Source of the DNA: Dipteris shenzhenensis
Taxonomy: Eukaryota
DNA: 64,000 nt
Strand: one strand, 5' to 3'
Assembly (NCBI GenBank): GCA_047967505.1
Contig: CM106538.1
The translations under genes were made by a program, and so were the position numbers. Shown piece by piece: positions 25,501-38,699 of this stretch (position 1 is its first letter; each line of letters opens with the position of its first letter). The notes under the pieces are model-generated. The model was not told the DNA's origin. It saw only the letters and a program-made list of their open reading frames with translations, and made no database searches.

Positions 25501-26847
25501 GTTAGGTCCGCAATAGCCTACAAACAACCCGCAAGAATCTCTGCAGTGATGACTTGCAAGAATCTTTGCATTATCACTTAGTGCACCGAAACTCTGCATC
25601 CACACTGTGAGGTCGATTCATCCATCCTACGGGTGTCGTGCAAGCCCTCCCGCACTAGGTTACTGCATTGTGTGGCAGATTATGGCCTGGCATTGTGTTG
25701 CGGATTTTGACCATGAAGATAATCTGCAACATACCATCACACTCCTTGAGCCGCTAGTAGACCTAGGCAATGCACCCCAAAATCAAGAAGTTATGGGAAT
25801 GTTGGCTATGTTTGCTCTGCAAAAAGTGCTACATCCAAGCAAACCACAACACCTGAATTCACTCTTTGATTCTCTACATGCTGCAACCACACGACTCTGC
25901 ATTGGCTACTACTGATTGAGAATGGCTTAGCAACATGACCCTGCACCGCTTAGCACCCACACTAGCCAAAACAAGGGGTCCTTCTACATTTCTTGTACAT
26001 CACCAGGAGGAATCTTCGTCAAGGTTCTCTCCCTCTGGTGCTGGGTGCTCTACACCTTTGATTTTGGTACCCTCTAGTCCATCATCATTCGCAAACATCT
26101 GCTTCCTCATCATAAAGAAATGGCTCTGTAGCCTCAAACACTAGCTTTCGCTACCCATGATGGAAAGGAAAATGGAGGGTGATTGATGCGTGGTTGCAAC
26201 AACGAGACAACAACACCAGCAATTGCTTCCTCTCATAAGCAGTAGCATCTCGTAAGCAACAAGCATCTCCATAGGCATAGTGTTCAGGACATTGTTGCTA
26301 TATCTCTAATGCTGCCATCCTCCCAATTCCCTCTAATCGGCACACAGGAAGAGATCGTAACCTTGGACTTGAAGAACTATTTGCTCCAAACAGCCAATTG
26401 GCTTGACGGTCTCTTGCCAAGCCACACCAACTTCCATACAAGGCTCCTTCATAAGTTGTAACAGCACTACACCGCCTTCAAATAGCTACTATGGCATGGG
26501 ACAAATTGTGACTGCATGTGAGAACTCCTTCGAACCCAAAATGGGGAGCATTCGAAATCTTGTGGTTGCCAATGTGTAGAGAAACTTGGCCCCTATAGGG
26601 AATAAACCCATGAGAGACTCTCAAAGTAGCAAGAACAAGAAGATACATGAGACAAGAATAGAGAATAACTTATTGGTTGGTTGCTCTTGCATTGCATGCA
26701 TACATATAGAGAGGTCTATGCCCCTTCATTGCCCACACATGTGCCTCTTGGTATTCCCATGTGCACATGCCTGTTGGCATTCACATGTGCACATGCCTCT
26801 TGGCATCCAAACTTAGGGTTAAACCCATGTGGTTTTAGGCCCTAACA
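25500..26847 (-). mobile_element. LTR (26573-26847) with downstream degraded gag/protease-like sequence
   Basis: TG...CA bounded 275-bp segment; on the minus strand it is followed by a TGG-starting PBS-like sequence; internal region heavily decayed. Confidence 0.45.
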
Positions 26848-27714
26848 AGATGCAAGTATGAGTGACGATGATTTGGATGAATCAGAGGAGGAATTACCTT
26901 TGGTTGAAGGAGGAAAATAGCTACAAGGAGGACATCCTTTGGTGGTGGGTGTATTACTTAGTGTCGACATAGACGGTGAATATTAATTTCCCTAGCTATT
27001 GTTTTTACTACACCTTTAAGGTACTTGTCAAGCTCATGATGTAGGTTTCTTTTGGCAGGACATGATGGAGGTGCAAAGTTGTATAGAGCGCAAAGACCAG
27101 GATGAAGAGGACCCCCAGCAAAAGGAGGAGTTACTATGGGGGTACAAGTTGACAGAGTTTAGCAAGCAGTGTATGATTCGAGTGTGTGAAGAGATTTGCC
27201 ATAGTGCATCAGATTGGCCTAAAGAGATGGGAGATGCTTGCTATAGAGAGGATGATAAGATAGTTGGGAGTTTGGAATTTCCTTGAGCCGCAAAATGTCA
27301 TCGTATTTTGAAAAAAGAAAAATCTTGTAGACATTTCTTGGACTTGTGGCTTTCTCGACATGATTTTGTGTGTAGACGTGCTTCAATGTTAGTACTTAAA
27401 TGTTTTAAGTATCCTGGTGGTTGAAATTTAACAGTTAAAGATAACCAGTCTAAAGGGGATAGTTTTAGTATAGCACTGTGCAACAAATTTAGGATAGCAC
27501 GACAATAGTGCATAGTAGTAGTTGCAGGATAAGTGATCACCAGCTGGTGGTTGGTTGCACTAGGATATTAACAGCCACTAGCATGGTGGTTTGCTTCTAT
27601 TATTACAAGATGAATGGATTTGTGGACGTGTGGATTCATTATGGGATTTAATAAAACCAGCGTGGTGGTTGTTGGGATATACTAAAAACAAGCATGGGAT
27701 TTACCGTTTGGGAT

Positions 27715-28135
27715 TTACAAAAACAATTTAATAAAACCAGCACGGTGGTTTGTCTCCCCTATGATGCATGCATTGTAGAAACAAGAAAGTTTTCTTGTTT
27801 TAATTAGTTGGTTGTTTGAAAAGCCCCATATGTTGTGTAGACCACGAACTCCTTTTATTTCCTCGCAATCATGCCGGCTTCTCCTTTGCACTTCATCCAC
27901 TTTCACTTCATGGAACACTTTCTGCACTATAATATTCTTAAGATTGTTTACTATATGTTGAATGCACGCCTGTGGAGAGGTTGGCTGTAAGCCATGTTAC
28001 AACATCATGGGCATCATTGAGTTTTTCTTGAGGGCATATTAATTGGTGTTTAAACAGAGCTTGCTTAATAACAGCACCGCATCCATCATGTTCACCCTAA
28101 ATTGAGAGGCAGCACCATCTGACCACACCCAACGT
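27715..28135 (-). mobile_element. Sola-like (DDD-type) transposase C-terminal fragment with internal deletion
   Basis: WVWSDGAASQF joined to GEHDGCGAVIKQAL, then KVFHEVKVDEV...IKGVRGLHNI...TRKLSCFYNAC. Confidence 0.55.
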
Positions 28136-28620
28136 CCTATAATGGTGACCTCCTCTACTATGTGTACAAGAAAGTCCACCTGTGTTGTCATAATGCTTGA
28201 GGTAAAGTGCTTCTCAAGAAAGCACATATCTTTGATGGAGTCCACCCTAGCCTTTTGATGCTCTCTAAGGAGATTTCTTTTCAACAGATCCATCTATTTC
28301 ACATGTCAAAATAAGATTCAAAATTTGTTAGTCAATCAAATTTAAATAGAATATAAGGTGATGTGATAGTAAGGATACCTCACAATGCCACTGATCATGT
28401 AGATAGCTTTTCTAACATCATCTAATAAGCATCATTTCACTACATTTGGAACTATAAGATATCCAAGCAACAAATAAAAGAAGTTATAGCAATGCATGGC
28501 AATACTAAGAGCGTTCAAGCATTAACATCAATTTTTGAAACATGTAGAATACCTATAAGAACTTGTGCCAATCATGGGACTTAAGGCCACTATGATTATT
28601 GTATTTTGTAATTACACCTT
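28136..28620 (-). mobile_element. CACTA/EnSpm transposase fragment (DUF4218-like)
   Basis: MCFLEKHFTSSIMTTQVDFLVHIVEEVTIIG resembles the CACTA motif LEK.FP.SF...M.HL.VHL.EE....GP. Confidence 0.55.
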
Positions 28621-29286
28621 TCAAGCAATGCATGTAAAATGAGGTAATTTCCTTCTTGACTATTTCCTCCTCTCTCTTGGTAAGATCCATGGTGCTTTTG
28701 GGAGATCAACCCCACGATCATGATTTAGGGCCACAACTTGGACATCCTAGTCATTGATTTTAAGTCTTCTTATGCTCCCCTTGTGTCTTTGTGACCAACC
28801 AAATGCTCCCAAAAAATAGAAGCCCCCACATTCTGCTTCTTGCATTGTTGCTTCTTATTGCGTTGTCTCTAACACATGATTCCTCTTTCTCTATTGAAAA
28901 ATAGATGTTTTGCAACAAGAATCGAATACCTCTTGCTTTCTTGTCTCTCATCTTGTTGCTTTGATCTCATTTTGTTGATCTATTTTTCTTTTGAAGGAAT
29001 CCATCTCAAACCCTAATCCTCCCTCTGCTCCTACACAACTAGAAGTGTTTATGTTTTTGTTTGTGTTTTGCAAGGGATTAGTATTGCTTTATCTATGTAA
29101 GAAACTATTTTATTCTTCTCTTATTAGTTGATGTTACATTTTTTATTGGCCATTTGCAATGCCTTAAGCATTGGAAAATGACAAGGGATTAAAAAAAAAT
29201 CTTTCTTGTTTTCCCTTTCCCTTTCCCTCTTCTCTTTCCATCTTTCTTGCTCTCTACTCTTTCCTTCTTTCCTCTACTCTTTTCCT

Positions 29287-29438
29287 CATTCTCTATTTCC
29301 GCATAAGCTCCTTCTCTCTTTCCAATGCCTATGCTTAAGCATAAGCATAAGCATAAGCTCATGCTTATGCTCATGCATGAGCATGAGCTTATGCTTAAGT
29401 TTCCGCATAAGCTCATGCTTATGCGGAAATAGAGAATG
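29287..29438. repeat. Fold-back: 22-bp perfect inverted repeat enclosing palindromic hexamer repeats
   Basis: cattctctatttccgcataagc (29287-29308) and gcttatgcggaaatagagaatg (29417-29438). Confidence 0.9.
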
Positions 29439-29529
29439 CAAGGTACAAAAATATTGAAACTAGATGCCTTAATCAAAAAGGGAGGCCCTGTTTGAAAAAA
29501 ATGGTATTAGCGAGTGGAATCTACACTTT

Positions 29530-29900
29530 CCCTCCTGTCTGTCTTTCCTCTAATGTTTTGCTCTTCCTCTTCCTCTTTCTCTCTTCTTTTTCCCTCTTTC
29601 TTTTCCTCTTCTTTTTTCTCTTTCCATCTCTCCCTCTAATTTTTCCCTCTCTTTCCCTCTTTCCTCTACTCTTTCCCTCTTTTTTCTCCCTACTCTTTTT
29701 CTTCTCTCTCCCTCTTTTCCTCTTATTTTTCCTCTACTCTCCTTTACTCTTCCCTCTATTCTCCTCTTTTCCTCTTATTTTTCCTCTACTCTCCTCTACT
29801 CTTCCGTCTATTCTCCTTTCTTTCCTCCTCTAAGATTCTCCCCTCTTTCTCTCTCGACTTTCCCTCTTTCCCTTTTTTTCCTTGCTCTCTTCTCCTTTCT
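29530..29900. repeat. Polypyrimidine low-complexity tract
   Basis: Nearly pure C/T. Confidence 0.9.
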
Positions 29901-31865
29901 ATTGAGGATGACTCCTCCACCCACATGGAGCTCAACCAAGGAGGGTTAGTGGACCTCTAGTAAGGGAGGGTTACAATAGAAAGTAGTGGATACTTTTGTA
30001 ACTATAGGGATAGTTATAACTATCCCTAATACCATGTAGTAGTGGCCTTATCCCCGCCATATCATTTCTGACACTATGTATGTTTTCTGACTGTTATATG
30101 ACTGAGGTTGAAATACCATCAGATGTTGTTATAAGCTAATCTCATCAGCTCCTGCATGGAGTGAGCTATTGCTATCTGCTGTAATACAAACTATATGCAA
30201 TATTTCCACTCTACAAACGACTGTCTTGGCTATTTGTATGCTTTGTACTGTCTCTTTCTTTTTCGACATTAGTCAGATTTAAGTCCGACCCTAGCATTCC
30301 CATTTCTAGGAGTGGATGTCTGTAGGTGTTTTTCAGTCTTGTGGAGACACCACTAACACTATTGGTGATCCTAATGTGTGTTCCAGCTTTGACTACTGGT
30401 TGCTACTACATAGCGATTCTACACAAGAGTAAAAACCGTATGATCTACAATGACTACAACACAAATTGACTAGTAGAGGCAACATCTCGCAAGAAAATCA
30501 AAAGAACAACAACGTATTGTCACAAAGATCACTTCTAGCAAAGCATGAGATGGCATAACTGCTGCAAGTGATGACATTCAGAGATTGCTTGAAGGTGGAC
30601 CACTTTTGAAAATCCTTCATGACTTTTGTAACCGACTTCATCAACCACACGACAAGAACTAGTTGGATAGCTACCACAACACTCCAGACAAGTGAACACA
30701 CTGACGATGAATGAGGTGTCTATGAAGTTGTGTCTTGGATTGAGCATTCAACAAGAAGCAGATTATAATCTAACTCCATTTCGACCATACAAGCATGCAA
30801 CAACTTGATAACGTCCCCCATCCACAAACACCACTAGCAAACAACTATTTGGCAAGCAAAGTACAATACACATTTCGACAAGAGACATTGCTATCAAAGT
30901 CTTCAATTCACTACATCCACCAGACGAGCTAGCAAGTAGCCATTGGATTACTAGCGGGGACAGTCATCCACCGACTATGCAATAGCACCAAACGCTCTTA
31001 TGAGGCTCATCATCAACATCAATCCAACCACAAATGTATTGATAGTAACAACACTATCAAATATTCAAGGCGACAAGCCCCACCAAATTGCAAGCAGATT
31101 ACTCATAAGATTGCAGTACAAATTGTCCCAGTCACTAGTGACATTAGTTCTTATCTTTTCTTTCATGGCGGATATCTCAAGTCATGTTAGACAGATTTTA
31201 GGAGCCATTGTCACTAAGATGAATAGGATACATCTACTTCACATGTAATCGAGCTCGTGTTGAAGCAGCGACTCAAACTGACCAGGATCAACATGATATA
31301 TTCCACGATCCAGATTACACATCGAGTGGAATAAGCTCATCTGGCAACTCACTCCACAGCAGCAAATTATATGAGGCTCGGTGCTAAACTCAGTACATTG
31401 ATGATATCTACACTTATAGAGGAATTCCTCAAAAGAACTCTTGCAACCAATATAGTAGCAATTGTGGTTGTTGCAGCCCAAAGAAGTTTGGACTTCGACC
31501 AACTACCTACACAACCAAAAAGGAGAGTATCAGCCAAAGCTCCAGCTCAAAATCCAGCCCCACCAAGAATGCAGAACCCATTAGTGAAAGCAGCCAAGTT
31601 CACAAGCAGAAAAGGCCAAGACCCTGACAACCATGTTGGGTAGTTTGAGACGAGGTGGACAGCAACAGCTTTGGTAGACTCCCAAACGACACCAAAAAGG
31701 AGAAATTTGCAGCAACCTTCAATGGTAAGGCAATGAATTGGTTAATGCAGTATGGAGTAGCTCATTTATTCTTAGTGCTCCTCAACAGACTATACAAGAT
31801 GTTTGTACATGGTTAAGCCCATTGAATTTAGATGGGGTATGAGTTTTCCCTCCATCATGAAGGTG

Positions 31866-32310
31866 CACTAGCATAATAATGAGATGCAATCTATTTGTTC
31901 AGAACACCGCATAGCTCGACACATGGCATCTCTGTACTGCTTTGCGTAGTGCAATCTTTGGCCTATGCCGCCTGATCACTTATTATCGTCCGTGTAGCCT
32001 TTTGCTATAGCTTTGCCACCTATCACTGGGCACGCACCCATGCAGATCATTAAAATTGAAGGTTGGCTTTTCGAGATCACCAAACTGGTTCTTGCCGTAA
32101 TAATTAGATGCCATCTATCATTCTAAATATTGCCACAGTGTAGTCTCTAGCCTGACCACATGTCATCATGTAGCATTTTACCGCTTCTTTTCCCGCAGCC
32201 CATGCAAATCATAGGTTGGCTTAGAGAGACCACCGCACTAGTTTTTCGCATAATAATGAGATGCAATCTATCATTTTGAGCATCGCATCAGCATAGTCTC
32301 TGGCATTTGC
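31866..32310. repeat. Three diverged tandem units of about 155-220 bp
   Basis: taat(a/g)a..gatgc.atctat at about 31875, 32098, 32251; cccatgca.atcat...aggttggctt at 32037 and 32200. Confidence 0.65.
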
Positions 32311-32449
32311 ATGATGTTCCAACCAGCGGGTTGATTTAGGACAATCACCTTTAGTCCAAGCCTAGTTTAAGAAAAGAAATAAGTAAACTATCCCAAAGCT
32401 CAATCACAAACAACCACCACCGGGTTGGGGTTTAGGCACCCATTAACCT

Positions 32450-34347
32450 GCATTGTATCTAGCATGTGTATGATGTGCTCCTCAAACACCTTTCGTCATG
32501 TCCACTTCTTACAAATGTCCTTTTTATTTGTAGAAACTCTCGTATTTTTGTGCCAAAATGTCATCACTGTAGCAATGACTTCCGCACTTAGGCTGTCTCT
32601 CCTTTTCTTGCATTCTGTTGAAGCCCAGACTTCTCGGATCGGGATGATCGTGCATTTCTTCTGCTCTACGTTCAACTGTTGGAGCCACTTGGTCCTTCTG
32701 ATTGACAACATCTTTGACATTGTGCACCCAAGCCATTTCTCCTTTGTTTCAGGGGACACCAACATAGCTAATGTCGCCCTCTTTGCAGCTAGTTGATCTA
32801 AGCTGTGCACCCCTGTAGGCCATTTCTCAGGTTAGAGAGCATCATCTCTTGGGCATGCATCTCCCGAGGTGTTGGTAGGGTTGTTACTCTACAAACTTTA
32901 GGGTGTAGGCTAAAGCTTGTGAAGAATCGAGACTGGTATTCACCTGAATGGCCTAATGTTGCTGCCTTGAATGCTCCCACCAATCGTGACACCACATGTC
33001 ATGTTCTTCACCCCGATGGAAATGATCGAATGTGTGCATCTGCAACTGCTTCTTGTTGCTGCTCTACAAGGAGTCTTCTTTGTTCTCGTTGTTTCTCCCT
33101 TTGCAGATGTCACAAAAGTGTCTTCCATTTCCAATTCGATACCGTGCGAGTGCTTTCCTCGACCCACACTCTGTTCCTTGTGTGTTGACCTAGCTTTTTT
33201 GTTTTCCTATCTCATAGCCTCTGTCTGCTTCTCTTGCAAGCCATGGTGAGCTGCATGTTGCCATGGCCATGATCAGTCCAGAATACACCTAGAGAAGCTA
33301 GCTGGTGAGGCAAGCAAAGAATAGAAGACAACTTACTTGAAAGAAGACAATGGTAAACCAAAGTTTGCACAAGGTCATGTCGAGGTACGTGCGGGTTGCA
33401 AGGCATTTGTAGGGCGGGGGTAGGTTGCAGGCACTTAAATCTTCCAAGATTTGTTGGGTAAGAGGTGTGAAAATTTGAAATTCGTGGGAATAGCAAAATT
33501 TTAGCCGTCGATTTTTCCCCCTCCGATGATGCATGTTAGTAGAATTGGATATCCCAAACAAGTGCAATGTGGCCTTTTTACTTCAAAATAGAAATAGGCC
33601 AAAGAGCATGCTATCGGGTTTGATGCTGTGTATTATTAAATGCAATGACCTTTGGCATGCTTATGAGCCATATAGCAAGCAAGTGCATGGAAAAAGAAAC
33701 AATTCAAAATTGTAAATAGTGTTGGATTTATTAAAATATCTTTGCACATGCACAAATTGCACTTTTTCAACTTCTTCCATTTTAGGGTGAATCTAGATAC
33801 CAATACCAACAAACTATCAATGTTTTAAGACCACCATGCACTAGTCCCAATATTTTGGATTCCAAATTTTCAATTCGTTTTGGTTTTGAACAAATCAAAA
33901 GAACGTTATGGAGCATGCCCTCAAATGGGTATGCATCACTTTAGCACAACATTGGAGGCCCATTAACCCATGCATAATGATCTCATTTAGGTGCATCCTT
34001 GGGTTAAGGAGAAGCTCACGTACTTTAGAATGATTACTTGGCTGCATGTATGTATAAAAAAAAATTTTGATGTTATTTTTTAATAAATTGCTACATCCTA
34101 TAGTCTTCAGGATGCATGCTTCACATGCAACATAGCACTTATAATGCTTTAAAGATCTCATTCCAAATCCTTATTCCATAATTTTTTACTCTCATGTTCA
34201 ATTTTGGAATGTGTACTACAACTTGAAGACAAATTTTGCATAATTTCATTGAGCAATCCATAAGTTATGGGTCATGCAAGATACCCATATACAAAAAAGT
34301 CCCTGAACCTCACCAAAAATGGCTACACCCAAGCAAACAATGACCCT
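32450..34347 (-). mobile_element. DNA-transposon 5' end with transposase N-terminus (Sola-like), inserted in the Gypsy gag
   Basis: KKRRDSLSAEVIATVMTFWHKNTRVSTNKKDI...EEHIIHML on the minus strand; terminal ~280 bp is repeated inverted at 51816-52085. Confidence 0.55.
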
Positions 34348-35762
34348 GGCAAAGACCAGCTTAGAGGAGCAAATGACTTCAACAACATGTTTGATGTAGC
34401 ACGCAGAGCAGAAACAAGACTAGGCACAAAGTCAAGGTCTAAAAAACAAAAGAAGAACAGGAATTCTGACTCTGACACAGACTCTGAAATAGAGATAGAG
34501 ATAGACATTGACACTGACTCTGAAACAGAGATAGGCATTGATTCAGAAGATGAGGATAGTGATGATACATCATATGAAGAGAATAAAGAAGAAGAGCACT
34601 CAAAGAAAAAGAAAAAATAGACCAAGAATAGAGAGAAATCAAAAGGCAAGAAGAAGACAGGCAAGCTCTTAAGTTAGAGCAAATGATTAAAGAGCAATTG
34701 GAAATTTTAAAAACACCCCCACCCTCGCCTAAAGTTGCTTGTGCATTTTGTGGAAAGGACAATCATGAGAAAGAGAGATGCTGGTATAATCCAAGTTATA
34801 GGGGGAGAGTTCCTCCTCATGTTCAAAATTCAAACAATCAAGCCCCACCCGGAGTAGCTAATCAGGTTGTAGTAGGCAGGGAAGGAAAAGATTCCACAAT
34901 GCAACACCAAGAAGACGCAATCAACAAAATTAACAAGGACAAAATGAAGATCAAAAGCATGCACATAATGTGGCATGGAAGGCCATCGACAAGGACCTCA
35001 ATGTGAGCTTTGGTGCAAACATAGAGGAGAAAGAGGAATACCTATAATCAATTATAATGCAAGAGGTAAACAAAATCAGCACTAGCAGCCACCACTAGGT
35101 GTTCATATGGTGTACTTGGCTCCTATCAACAATGAGGATTACAATCGACAAAATCAAAGAAATTAGAGGAACATACAGGCACTAGCAGTCACAAGATCCA
35201 GAGGTACAAAGCCAATGCCCGGCCTTGGAGATGCACTAAGAGAGATGGCAAAGCCAATGAATTGGCCCAATCTTCCTCCCAGGTGCCTTACTACTTCTCA
35301 TTAGTTTTGGCTCATGCCATCTACCCATTGCTTCTTTGTCCTTTACACCCCTTATCCACTTCAATGTTTAAGTCCACCACCCTTCCTTGACTTCATTCCT
35401 TGGTCACGCTACCACTCTCTCCCACATCTTCACTCAATTCCTCAACCATATCCATTCCTTGATCTCCCACCCAACCACCTCTTACCTTTTCCTTTGCCTC
35501 CCCAAGTGTAGCCTTTTCTCCCCCTACTCTCCTCTCTCCCTCTCCCTCTCATCTTTCTCTTGTTGTTGTTGTCCTTGCCCTTGCCGATAGTGCTATGTGC
35601 CATGCCCTTGATTGCTACTCTTAGCTTTTTGTGAGTTTCTATGTGTTTGTGTGGGTTGTTTGTTTGTGGTTAATTGCTTCTCATGTGTGCGTGCATGTGT
35701 ACATGTGTGTGTGTGCATGTGCGTGCATGCATGCATGCATGTGTGTGTGTGTGTGTGTGTGT

Positions 35763-37422
35763 AGATTAAAAAGTCCCATCAATAATTGAGCCATACAATT
35801 AATTCCATCAATTGGATAAAAAGTTTAAAAAGAGAAAAATATAAGGAAAAAATGTTTGAGACATCTAAGTTAAAAATGCAACTAGAGTTTGCAAAAATTT
35901 CGATCAAAATTAAGAATTTTTAATAATATTGAGTTTGACAAACATAATAGTGAAAAAAGATGTCGAATCCTCAGGCAGTCCAGGTTTCGAGGTCAGGGTC
36001 TACTTACTTGTACCACCATCCAAACAAACTAGGTGTTAGAACATCATAGCTACATTTGGGTAGATAGGTAATGCCTATTTTCCCCGGCTTGTTATCACTT
36101 TACCTAGGAATATAGACAACCATATGGATTCTTAGATACTTAAAAAAAACAATTTAGCCACAAGTGAAGTTTAAGTCACAAGTGGAGTAAGGAGCGAAAG
36201 AGTGCATGGGTTAAAAAGGGATTAAAGGAGGTATGGGACGATTGGTGGGCTTGGCATGTGGGGTGGTTAAAAAGAAAGTGTAAAGGAAAGATTTTACGGG
36301 GGTACATAAAAGAATAATTCATAGTTAGGAAAGTATTCATGTGTGTGTGTGTGTGTGTTCATGTGTAAAGAAATAAGTGTCTATGTGTGTGAGATACATT
36401 TATAAATCAAATTTATTTTGTGTGTGTGTGTGTGGCCCACCCCCAACCCAGAGGGTAAGACTACATGATGGAGAGTAAGCCCACCATGTGGAACTTACTC
36501 CCCACCTACTGAGATAATAAGTGAATAAAAGTGGATCTGTATGATAAGTGTCAAAATGAAAAAATAATGCCAATAGTACATGCGTAAACCATTTCTGCAA
36601 AATAGATATAAAAGTTAGTAAAAAATAAGGTGGATCACAACATGAGTAGGGATTATCCATGCTAAATAATTATCCAATGGCTGTGAATTAATTGTATGGC
36701 ACTAGCCCGCGACCAAAGGCTAGTTGGGAAATCAAAGTATGTGTTCAGATTAAAAAGTCCCATCAATAATTGAGCCATATAATTAATTCCATTAATTGGA
36801 TAAAAAGTTAAAAAAGAGAAACATATAAGGAAAAAATGTTTGAGACATCTAAGTTGAAAAATGCAGCTAGAGTTTGTAAAAATTTTGATCAAAATTAAGA
36901 ATTTTTTATAATATTGAGTTTGATAAACATAATATTCAGAAAAGATGTCGAATCCTCAGGCAGTTCAAGTTCCAAGGTCAGGGTCCACTTACCTGCCACC
37001 ATCCAAACAAACTAGGGGTTAGAACATCATAGTTACGTTTGGGTAGATAGGTAGCGCTTGTTTTACCTGGCTTGTTATCGCTTTACCTAGGAATATAGAT
37101 AACCATATGGATTCTTAGATAATAAAAAAAAATAATTTAGCCACAAGTGAAGTTTAAGTCATAAGTGGAGTAAGAAGCGAATGACTGCATGGGTTAAGAA
37201 GGGATTAGAGGAGGTATGGGACGATTAGTGGGCTTGGTATGTGGGGTGGTTAAAAAGAAAGTGTAAAGGAAAGATTTCACAGGGGTAAATAAAATAATAA
37301 TTCATAGTTAGGAAAGTATTCATGTGTGTGTGTGTGTGTGTGTATGTAAAGAAATAAGTGTTTGTGTGTGTGAGATACATTTACTAATCAAATTTATTTT
37401 GTGTGTGTGTGTGTGTGTGTGT
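35763..37422. repeat. Direct duplication of about 670 bp, period 984 bp
   Basis: 35763-36433 and 36747-37422 are highly similar; both start agattaaaaagtcccatcaataattgagcc and end in (TG)n. Confidence 0.92.
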
Positions 37423-38699
37423 TTGTCCTAACAAACCACCTATCCTACTACACTATTGGACCACTTTACAATATTCAAGTAAACCAAATGCAATCATATT
37501 CCATTTCCCTTTTCAAATCACAAGTGGGAGGAATCCATTATTATTCAACTGCTTCAGGTAGATAGTCAAAGTGGTAGTCAACTCAAATACCTACATTCAT
37601 ATTAGTAAATTGTACAAAATACAAAAAGCTTAAGACTAGTCTCCAATAAATAGCTCATTTTTATTTTACACTGGTTGGAGATAATCTACCATAGAGTACT
37701 ATTTGAAGTTGCCAAAGCTGTATGTCGAGTACACCAAAAAATGCCAAAGATCTAATAACATTTGCAAATCTAATGGAGAGGTATGTTGGCTCACCTAGTA
37801 CCATCACAACCAAATGAAAGAACAATTCATCATTTACACTGTGGAAGCCAAGCTTCAATGCTGGCACACAGTTGTTATCCCTGTCATTCTATCTAGATTG
37901 GCATAGATACAATCTTGGCATAGTAATATTACAAAAGTAATCAAAGGCGGTTGGAATTTAAATTTAAAGGTTAATGAAAGCTTACAAAATTCTAGGGAAA
38001 TTCTCAAGGGAATATAAGGAAACCCCAAAAGTAGGGGATCTAATTAATTTTCCAAAGGAAATTCCTTTGCTATTTAGTGAAAAAAACTTTTAAAAAGGCT
38101 TAACAATCCTTCTATAATAAATTAAGGCAAAGGAGATCTCAACATAGTAGTATTCAAAGTCAAAATATATGGGAAGGAACTGAAATATATCCAAGTATCC
38201 TCTTCTTTCATCATGCCCAAGTATATAAATCATAATGCCTTTGGTTACTTTCCTCAACTCCATCAACCAAACATAATTATAGAAAAAGTGTAGAAAGGTT
38301 CCTCTAATGTCATAGAAAATTAACAAATTTCATGTAATCCATCATAAATTTTTAGTGTCAAGCTTGTAATCTTCATTTATACACAATTCGAAGGATCTTT
38401 TATATTTATCCATAATTATAGGTCTTAGCTTCAAAGATCTCTTAAAAACTTTCAAAGTATAGAAAATCCCTGATCCTAGATAATTACAAAAATATCTCAT
38501 AAAAACTTTCAAAGTATCAAAAGTCTCGGCCAAAGGCTATGAAGAAGTATGCCCAGAACTAGGGCATTCCACCATTTATTGGACATAGACCAAGTATATA
38601 AATGAATATGATCTAACATAGATTCATGAAATTACTTCATTTGTATCCATTATAAATATCTAGAGAGTCCAAATGTTGCCCCTTTTTGTATTCCTTGTG

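Larger units (their letters stand above)
30035..35280 (+). mobile_element. Gypsy 5' end: LTR (30035-30358), PBS, leader and interrupted gag
   Basis: tgtagtagtgg...ccactaaca; PBS tggtgatcctaatgtg at 30363; gag KFTSRKGQDPDNHV...FAATFNGKAMNWL (31590-31760) resumes near 34348 with knuckle CAFCGKDNHEKERC and AVTRSR. Confidence 0.65.

Noticed and set aside
29492-29833. 113-aa Phe/Leu/Ser membrane-protein-like ORF
   Set aside because: Artefact of a polypyrimidine tract
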